NCBI GenBank assembly: GCA_977862235.1
Contig: OZ374560.1
Location: 2,480,001-2,544,000 of the forward strand
From: Dudresnaya verticillata
Lineage: Eukaryota
DNA length: 64,000 nt
Reading direction: 5' to 3'
Shown here: positions 59,345 through 64,000 of the stretch, piece by piece
How positions within the stretch are numbered: the first letter of the stretch is position 1
How the letters are laid out: every line of letters starts with the position of its first letter
Position numbers and translations under genes: made by a program
The notes under the pieces: generated by a model
Databases searched by the model: none
Told to the model about the DNA's origin: nothing
What the model saw: only the letters and a program-made list of their open reading frames with translations

Positions 59345-62300
59345 ATGGTGGACTCTGTGATTTCTCTCCTCGAGACCAGTATCAAGGTTGTTCAGTACAT
59401 TCGTAATAGTCTTGAAGCTCGGAAACAAAACGCAGCATCCTTCGAGACGATAGGCAAGGGCATTGAACGTATTCGGTCCGGTTATCAAGTCTTTCGCAAG
59501 AACGACTACCTCTCTGCCATCCACGACGATGTCAGCAGGCACATCAGCGCAGAGTTGGAAACAGTGCAGCGCCATTTGAAGGGGCTTGCGGAGCGGGTAG
59601 ACAAACGAAAACCTTTCCGCTCCTTGCTAGGCAGCATCGATGCTCTGGAGGCGATCATTCGAGTGGAATCCCATGTGGCGACGCTCGAAAGACACTTGGA
59701 TACTTGTGGGCTCATGGTGAAACACTTCCAGATCCAGGACACTCATCTCAGAGAAATATACCATCTTTTGCACAAGCATGTTATCAAGGACGTTCCGAGT
59801 TCTTCCTCTCCGGGAGGCGTGACGGCACAAGATGAGGTGGTCGTAATCGATGCCACTTCTGCGCGACTACGAGGAACAGGTCCGAGCAGCCCGAGTAGTC
59901 CCAGTCAGGAACCACCCCACTCTCCAGGCTCGGCAAGGAATTTGCGATCTGAACAGCTTGATAAGGAGGAGGACGATGAGATCCAATTCATATCATCGCT
60001 GCCCATGGCGATGAAGTTGATAGCGAAAAGTGATGTCCCGGAATCTGTAAGACGAGAACTACAGCAGAAGATAAAGGATTTCCAGACTCGATGGGAATTG
60101 AAGTTTGATGACCTGATGTTTGAGAAAGGTAGAAGAGGAGGATGGGTTGAGTTGGGCGAAGGTGGTTTCAGTAGGGTATACAAGGCGAAGCTCCGCCAAG
60201 GTGAAACATTCTTGGAAGTGGCAGTCAAAGAGCTGAAGGTAGAGGAGTCGGAACTGGAGAAGTTCAAGCCAAGGTTCTTGCGTGAGGTGCACGCCCTTAT
60301 TCAGTACCGGCATCGCTGTATCTTGAAGACACATGGGGCTATCTGGGCGAGGATCGATGGGACAGAAGACGGTCACAACCCGATGATTGTTCTAGAACGC
60401 ATGACATGCAGCCTCCACGAAGCGATTCAAAAGCGCTGGGCAGCTGTGGAGGACATGGGTGTGAGAAAGGGTATCGCGCTGGAGGTGGCAACTGCGCTAG
60501 CTCATCTGCACGAGAAGAGCGTTGTTCACAGGGACGTGAAGCCTGAAAACGTGTTGTTGCGTGTTAGGGACGGTGAGGTTGTGAGGCCTGCCAAGCTGTG
60601 CGACTTTGGTGTGTCACGGGAAGTGCAGGTAACGAAGCAGATGGGGACATATGCGCTGAGGAGTAGTAGAGGAACTGCGTCTGGGACGGTTGTTTACATG
60701 CCACCGGAGGTCTTCAAGGATCAAAGAAGGGCGCCGACTCGTCCGTCGTGGGATGTGTGGAGCTTTGGACTTCTTTTATGCTTCCTGGGGGGTGGGGCGA
60801 CGCCCTTTTCGGAACTGGATTTCATTAACGCTCCGAGTCTAGCAAGAGAAGATCAGCACGGAGCGGTCGCACGAGGGTGGGCGGACTCTATTGGGGATGA
60901 GGAGATGAGGACGGCAGCGCTGCGTTGTTTACGGACGCATTGGGAGGAACGTTGTACTATGGCGGATATGGTGCGGATTTTTGCACAGTATGTACCAGGG
61001 GTCGGGAATGATGCTCCTAGTGACGCTGAATCAGCCATGGCAGATGTGGTGGGGACGATCTCGCAGGATGTACCAGAGCTCACGGTTGATACTCCGAGTG
61101 ACGCAGAATTTGCCATGGCGGATGTGGTGGGGATAGTCTCGCGGAATGTACCAGGGGTCGGGGTTGATGCTCCGAAAGATGTGGAATTTGCCAACTTTCT
61201 TCTTGACCCACGATGGATGACCATAGATACCAGTCCTTTGAACATCCCTGGGTGGAAGGAGAATGTGAACGAGTTGCGCAGGGCGTGCTTGGCAAATGGG
61301 TTAGTTGGTGAAGAAGGTTTCGATGCGGGTATGAAGTTGCTGCGGTCAGCAGCGCAAGAGAGCTGGCCGTTCATTGTTCGAAACCCGAGGGAGCTGATGT
61401 TCCAGATGCAGTCGCGGTTGGTGGACTCATGCGATGAGTCATGGCTCGTGCGGCGGTACCTTGAGACGGCTAGCAAGGTGTCCCCCACACCTCGAGTTAG
61501 ATCATTGACTCGGTGCTGGAACATTCCTGGTGGTCGACAAGAGATGGAAATCCCATGTGCGGACAGTGCACGCAGCATTGCTTTAACAGCGGATGGAGGT
61601 AAAGTTGTGGCAGGCATTGGGAAGAAAGTAGTGCTCATCGACTTGGAAAGCAGTGTTGTCATCCGCGAGTACGTCGGCCACGAGGATCAGGTGCAGTGCG
61701 TGGCGGTGACCGCAGATGGGCGGCACGTCGTGTCCGGGTCGTCGGACGATACGTTGCGGGTGTGGGAGTTGGGGAGCGGCAAGCCCGTGGGGGAGCCGTG
61801 GCGCGGCCACACGGGGTGGGTGTGGTGCGTGGCGGTGAGTCCAGACGGGCGACACGTCGTGTCCGGATCTGTGGACGAGACGTTGCGGGTGTGGGAGTTG
61901 GGGAGCGGCAAGCCCGTGGGTGAGCCGTTACTCGGTCACACAAATTGGGTGTGGTGTGTGGCGGTGACGCCAGACGGGCGGCACATCGTGTCAGGTTCGG
62001 AAGACAAGACGTTGCGGGTGTGGAAGTTGGAGAGCGGCAAGCCCGTGGGGGAGCCGTTGCGCGGCCACAAGGATCATGTGCAGTGCGTGGCGGTGACCTC
62101 AGACGGGCAGCACGTCGTGTCCGGGTCGCGAGACAAGTCATTGCAGGTGTGGGAGTTGGGGAGCGGAAAGCCGGTGGGTGAGCCGTTGCGCGGTCACACG
62201 GGGTGGGTGGAGTGCGTGACGGTGAGTCCAGACGGGCGGCACGTTGTGTCCGGATCTGCGGACGAGACGTTGCGCGTGTGGGAGCTGGGGAGCGGCAAGC

Positions 62301-62959
62301 CCATGGGGGAGCCGTTGCGTGGTCACACAGATTGGGTGTGGTGCGTAGCAGTGACCCCAAATGGGCGGCACGTCTTATCCGGATCTGTGGACGAGACGTT
62401 GCGGGTGTGGGAGTTGGAGAGCGGCAAGGCTGTGGGTGAGCCGTTCCGCAGTCACATGGATTATGTGCAGTGCGTGGCAGTGAGCCCAGACGGGCGGCAC
62501 GTCATGTCCGGTTCGCGGGACAAGACGTTGCGGGTGTGGGAGTTGGGGAGCGGCAAGGCCGTGGGAGAACCGAAAGCGTTCTCGTCACCTGTTCTGAGTG
62601 TTGGATGTTTTGGGGCAAGTACTGTGAAGGCTCGTGATCAGGATGGGAATGAGCGTTACTTTGAGATGAGAGGAAATGGTCTGCGGAAGATACATGCGGC
62701 TGTTGGAAGAACTCGTGAGAGGAAAGCGCGGCGCGGGAGGACCGGGAGCGGAATGCATCGGAGTGAGTCTGAAGCGGAGGATGACATACGGGTCTCGGGC
62801 CGGTCTGTGCGCCTCGGTCAGGACGGACCGATTCTCGCAACCCTTCCGGCAGCTTTGGGCTCGTCCTGGCAACAGGCGTGGGACTACAACGCTGTAGAGG
62901 GTCGACTGGTCGTCGGGCTGCAAAGCGGACAGGTGTTGGTGTTGGAGGTGGAGACGTAA
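59345..62959 (+). CDS. Paralogue 3: same architecture, 7 more diverged WD40 repeats (1204 aa)
   Basis: Intact ORF with kinase motifs intact; the repeats carry framework substitutions. Confidence 0.92.
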   Translation: MVDSVISLLETSIKVVQYIRNSLEARKQNAASFETIGKGIERIRSGYQVFRKNDYLSAIHDDVSRHISAELETVQRHLKGLAERVDKRKPFRSLLGSIDALEAIIRVESHVATLERHLDTCGLMVKHFQIQDTHLREIYHLLHKHVIKDVPSSSSPGGVTAQDEVVVIDATSARLRGTGPSSPSSPSQEPPHSPGSARNLRSEQLDKEEDDEIQFISSLPMAMKLIAKSDVPESVRRELQQKIKDFQTRWELKFDDLMFEKGRRGGWVELGEGGFSRVYKAKLRQGETFLEVAVKELKVEESELEKFKPRFLREVHALIQYRHRCILKTHGAIWARIDGTEDGHNPMIVLERMTCSLHEAIQKRWAAVEDMGVRKGIALEVATALAHLHEKSVVHRDVKPENVLLRVRDGEVVRPAKLCDFGVSREVQVTKQMGTYALRSSRGTASGTVVYMPPEVFKDQRRAPTRPSWDVWSFGLLLCFLGGGATPFSELDFINAPSLAREDQHGAVARGWADSIGDEEMRTAALRCLRTHWEERCTMADMVRIFAQYVPGVGNDAPSDAESAMADVVGTISQDVPELTVDTPSDAEFAMADVVGIVSRNVPGVGVDAPKDVEFANFLLDPRWMTIDTSPLNIPGWKENVNELRRACLANGLVGEEGFDAGMKLLRSAAQESWPFIVRNPRELMFQMQSRLVDSCDESWLVRRYLETASKVSPTPRVRSLTRCWNIPGGRQEMEIPCADSARSIALTADGGKVVAGIGKKVVLIDLESSVVIREYVGHEDQVQCVAVTADGRHVVSGSSDDTLRVWELGSGKPVGEPWRGHTGWVWCVAVSPDGRHVVSGSVDETLRVWELGSGKPVGEPLLGHTNWVWCVAVTPDGRHIVSGSEDKTLRVWKLESGKPVGEPLRGHKDHVQCVAVTSDGQHVVSGSRDKSLQVWELGSGKPVGEPLRGHTGWVECVTVSPDGRHVVSGSADETLRVWELGSGKPMGEPLRGHTDWVWCVAVTPNGRHVLSGSVDETLRVWELESGKAVGEPFRSHMDYVQCVAVSPDGRHVMSGSRDKTLRVWELGSGKAVGEPKAFSSPVLSVGCFGASTVKARDQDGNERYFEMRGNGLRKIHAAVGRTRERKARRGRTGSGMHRSESEAEDDIRVSGRSVRLGQDGPILATLPAALGSSWQQAWDYNAVEGRLVVGLQSGQVLVLEVET
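61676..62572 (+). repeat. WD40 array, 7 x 129 bp, less homogenised
   Basis: 129-bp period with synonymous and framework changes in most units. Confidence 0.95.
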
Positions 62960-64000
62960 AGGAAAGCAAAGGCAACGGCGGGCGCGGAGAATGTGTGTCG
63001 CGCCGTTGCAGAGAAGAGGAAATGACTCACGGACAAAGAGCGCGGCGCTCTATGAGAAAGGAAGTGGGAGACGGGGCGTTCCACGTTTTGGGGGCTGATT
63101 GGGCGTGCAGCGAGTGTCGGGACACGTGCGTCGTTCTGAGTGGCCGTTGCTTATCTCTCGTCAGAGCGCACGAGACCGCCGGAAGGCGTTCTCATGCGCT
63201 CAAGTGGAAATGGCTTAGGCATTGTGAGCACAAAAGAGTTGACAACACCGCTGCTGTTACAGTTTCGATCAAACGACTAGGTCTATTGATGCATCACAGC
63301 ACTGGTGTGAGATAATCAGCGTGCTTCCAGTCCATTCCTCAGTTCAGGGAGGGTGAGATTTAGCTGGACAACCCGAGCGGAATTGTAAATGGCGGCAGCA
63401 GGTCGGACAATTCCATGGGGAGAACGGTTGCTAATGCGATTATGGTCTGAGTAGTCTAGTCCGATACTGGCGGGCTACTCACTAGCACTCCATTTCAGGG
63501 TGCGCAGACCAAAAGTTTACAACGGGAGTATTTGACTATAAAGCTCTTTATGGTCTTTCTCTTTTCGATCCATCCTTTTGCAGTCTCTGCTACTGTAGGA
63601 GTTCTCTGCATGCGCGTTGGCCCGGCAATGCTGTTTGAAGAAGAAAGTTATGTGGTTGGCAGCCCAACGCGACTGAAGAGCCGGTCTCTAAGAATACTGC
63701 AGTAGTCAATGAATAGTATGAAGCACGGCCATGGCCCATGCTAAGTCTTGTTCATGTCAGTTCAGACATGGGCCCATGACCTATGATGTGCATGGGGACA
63801 ACCCGTTCAGTACACCTTTGTATTGCGCATGTCTACTGTATGTGTCGATGACACTATGCGCATCTCCTCTTTCTGGCTTTGGGCATCCTTTTCAATCGTA
63901 CTTCATTGCTATTTGCTGAGGCCACACATACACCTAATGGTGCAACTGGATATTGACATTGGCGTCATGTTCTAGATATCAAAATTGGTCACCTTCCTCT

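Larger units (their letters stand above)
44130..63290 (+). repeat. Tandem triplication of the receptor-like gene with its flanks (start-to-start 7155 and 7629 bp)
   Basis: 5' flanks ~44130-44560, ~51280-51715 and ~58920-59344 align, with a longer match between ~50590-51280 and ~58220-58920; 3' flanks (~350 bp after each stop) also align. Confidence 0.88.

Noticed and set aside
46892..62572. Constant/variable repeat arrays as CRISPR-like arrays or diversity-generating-retroelement targets
   Set aside because: Units are 129-bp in-frame WD40 coding repeats; there are no cas genes, no separate template repeat, and variation is not adenine-restricted. Nearby RTs belong to ordinary retrotransposons.

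Overview
Eukaryotic, transposon-dense window, most likely from a red alga (inferred from the Copia/Gypsy types and the intronless genes). 0.8-14.5 kb is a decayed multi-gene block: a Cys-rich, KDZ-type transposase-like remnant, a PHD-like finger and a Upf1/Sen1-type SF1 helicase pseudogene. The block carries many copies of an 11-bp palindrome, GTTTCWGAAAC, and is interrupted by two solo LTRs. 15.7-43.7 kb holds a non-autonomous PIF/Harbinger, a frameshifted Copia, a truncated DIRS-like fragment and a nest of related Gypsy elements, including a full-length 13.2-kb chromodomain-bearing element with a large antisense ORF. 44.5-63 kb holds three tandem intronless paralogues. Each has an MLKL/HeLo-like four-helix bundle, a catalytically intact kinase, a 26-aa triplet, an APAF-1-like helical segment and a near-identical 43-aa WD40 array (9, 10 and 7 copies) that is hypervariable at a few positions. 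I interpret these as candidate single-chain sensor-kinase-executioner immune receptors; they are the strongest candidate for an undescribed system. All domain calls come from motif recognition by eye, with no database searches.
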